DNA of 64,000 nt from Perkinsela sp. CCAP 1560/9 (taxonomy: Eukaryota; Protista; Euglenozoa: Kinetoplastea): NCBI GenBank assembly GCA_965644495.1, contig CBFFSA010000001.1, positions 3,038,001 to 3,102,000 of the forward strand, read 5' to 3'. Each line of letters starts with the position of its first letter. Within the stretch, counting starts at the first letter, position 1. This document shows positions 61,383 through 64,000 of this stretch, piece after piece. The notes under the pieces were generated by a model, which had not been told where the DNA came from, did no database searches, and worked only from the letters and a program-made list of their open reading frames with translations. The position numbers were made by a program, and so were the translations under genes.

Positions 61383-64000
61383 TTAATAGGCACTTGCGTA
61401 CATCCCAGTCTTGCCTTGCGAACTTCCCAGAAACTGGCGTAACTGGGCGTAGACTTCGTTTCCATTTAAGTCTTGGAGTAATAACTTGAAGTCCATCTCC
61501 ACTGTCTTCCTATCCAACATGGCTGCATCCGCAAGTGCATGTATCAGAAATCTTGTGTTCTGGTGGAGAGAACCGCAAGAAAAGATCGGAAGGCATTGAA
61601 ACGCGAACTCTGGAATCATACCGGTTGTAACGTAGGTATCTTTCTTCCGTTTAATTACGTCTTGCATTAGTTTCACGCAAGTTTTAGATTGGTTCGATGG
61701 CGCAAGCTCGTGTATTATAGACACGTCGTAGAAGATTTCTCCGGTGCTCCAGAAAATGGCCAGATCCGGCCCCGATCGGTATAGCTGTCGACCGGTGCAA
61801 CATTTTTCATGAGTCATTTTATTCTCGGGTTCGACCTTTCGGCTACACACACCACACCGCCACGCACTGAAGGCTCGCGGCTCTTTTTCACACGGTATCC
61901 CCGCCTTATTGGCTAAGTCGAACAGGTATTTCACCAAACTATTATGTTTTGTTGTGGCATTAAAACCGTAGCACTGCACGCATCCAGGTATGTGGTGTAG
62001 AGCAGATTGACTGTTCAGTATTGTTTTGCACCCGGGGCATAACAGCTTCTCAGGTAGACGAGGATGGGCTATTCCTAATCGCGTCATAATGGCCATCTCG
62101 AAGTGTCGCGATGGGACGAATCTAGCGGCAGACGTTAACCAGTCGTAACTTCCCTTGCGAGTAGTGGCGCTCAGTATTTTGGAAATATTTGGATTCTGTC
62201 TCAGTCTCTCCAGTACTTCCTCATGCTCTAAGGCTGCGATCGTTTTGTCATCTGTCGGGGGCTTTCGGTTTTGACCTTCGTTGGCAAGCGCTATATGATT
62301 TTCCACTGATCCACTCTGAGCAGAAAAGGATTTTTGTCGCTCATATGAGGAATACAATGAAGCTTCATACGCTGCTGCGCGAATTTTACTGCAGGACGTC
62401 AAACCTAAACCTCCCTTTTTCGCCGGTAACCGAGCCATCTTGATCTGATTCGCCGTTAGGGATCCAAGCCATGTGCTCAAAACGTCTTCAACTTTCTCAT
62501 CAAAACAGTCAGCGATCTGCTCAGTGATGTCAGGCGGATGTACACGCACTGCGTACTGCATCTTCACGTTTATGCTGTGGGATAATAAACTGAGCGACAC
62601 ATTGTTAAGCCCCATGATCTTCAGCCGACTGAAAGCTAAGTTATGTTGTTCAAGTTGGCCCGTCAGCCTCTCCGCCACCGTTGTATTCTTGCTAATGAAT
62701 GCTCCCAACACCTTTGTGGCTTCATTTTCGTTGATGACTCCCGCATTCTCGAGACATGGCGGAATCGCAATTTGGTTCCTCCCGCCGAACCATACACATT
62801 TCTTGGCAGCAAGCTCTATAGATTGTTCCTTGACGATTTCTTGGAGTCTGCCGAATGCTTTTTCGATGTCGGAGGCATTCATAGATGATATTGTGACGTC
62901 ATCGATGTATGCGTGTAATTCCACGTTCGGAAATTCCTTGGCCAGCGTCTCTCAAATGGGTTGCATATAGATACAAAAATAAAGAGAAGCTAACGGCGAT
63001 CCCTGCCTGAGTCCCGACGAACTTGGCACGACTCCAAACAATTTGTTTTCCGATCCGTAGAATAGAAGTTCAGAGGTGCCAGCGTATTCGACCTGGAAGA
63101 ATCTTTGAAATGGTCGCAACGCGCTAAAGGCGAAAACGTGCTTTGCTATTTCTTTCCTGCATGGAGAATTAAACGCATTTTTAAAATCAATTGCGAGCAT
63201 CGAATGACCTTTATTGTAACGCTCACGAAGTTTGTGGACTATTCGTTCGCATCCAGCCCGAGCAAATACTCCCTGTTGCATTGGAGCGAAGAGTGGTGCC
63301 AGAGTGTGTTCATACCGTTGCATGAGTACTATTCCAGCCAGTTTGTTGAGAACCTCGCCCATTGCTACGGGACGCACTCCTCCGCCCCCCTTCGGTATGG
63401 CGACCAGCCGAGCCCGGTTTAGACGCTGAGTTACATCCTTCGAGAGAAAGCCGTTTAGAAGATCGCGTATCATGTGACACAAGCTTCCGCAGGACACCTC
63501 GTCATCGGTCATGAGGCGCACAATACCGTCGGTCATTCCCGTAGGCCCGGGGCTAACTCCTTTCGCCAGCCTTTTGGCAGCGCTACGTAGCTCTTCAGGT
63601 GTGACCCCAGCCAAGGTGGGCGCGTCTTCGGGTGCCTCAAAGTCACATGGTTTTTGAGGATGCAACTCTGTTAACTTGTCCAAAACCTCCTCGTCGGACA
63701 AATTGATTGATTTAAACTTTTGACTCAATGTTTTTGCCGCTTTACACGCGCACCCTTCCAAGACTAGTCTCTTTGCTTTGTTAATGGCACGTAAATCCTG
63801 GGCAGCATCGCTGTCAACCGTCGCCTTCGGAGTGAAAGGTTTACGTCTTGTGCTGCGTTTATCCACATCTCGTATTGTCACCAATGATAGTTTCATCGCT
63901 GACAATAGCCGATGCCAAATCTGGTTTCGTTGCGCAAAATCGACATTTGCGTAGTTCCGTATAATATCGCGCAGTGTGGCGACGACGCACGGAATAAATT
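61383..64000 (-). mobile_element. CRE-like RLE retrotransposon, one frameshift, runs off the window
   Basis: SPGPTG, RPVAMGE, DFKNAFNS, GLRQGSPL, YIDD, GGLGL, CPGC..H...C, GPD...YDVS. Confidence 0.9.

Overview
Eukaryotic, kinetoplastid-like genomic window. The evidence is intronless co-oriented housekeeping genes, three copies of a kinetoplastid-type spliced-leader (SL) exon and a PTS1-like C-terminus on G3PDH; a Perkinsela/prokinetoplastid-like source is plausible but is inference. Positions ~1-13.5 kb hold a minus-strand gene cluster: ADAT1, alpha-adaptin, CDP-DAG synthase, CLC channel, a disrupted LRR gene and G3PDH. The rest is mostly a nested transposon field. It contains three CRE-like RLE retrotransposons (two with 2A-like NPGP motifs), two HERO-like RLE retrotransposons in (GT)n with repeated Cys/His motifs (the full-length copy SL-headed), a structured SINE-like family, several Tc1/mariner families including a 2.7-kb palindromic double-transposase element, Merlin/MULE-like and P/hAT-like MITEs, and an SL-bearing retrogene. 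The most striking locus is 54.4-58.9 kb: a complete twister ribozyme, then a UUCG-hairpin tandem repeat, an antisense copy of the ribozyme's cleavage strand, an unknown (gag-like?) ORF and a tyrosine recombinase. All calls are by eye; no searches or folding programs were run.
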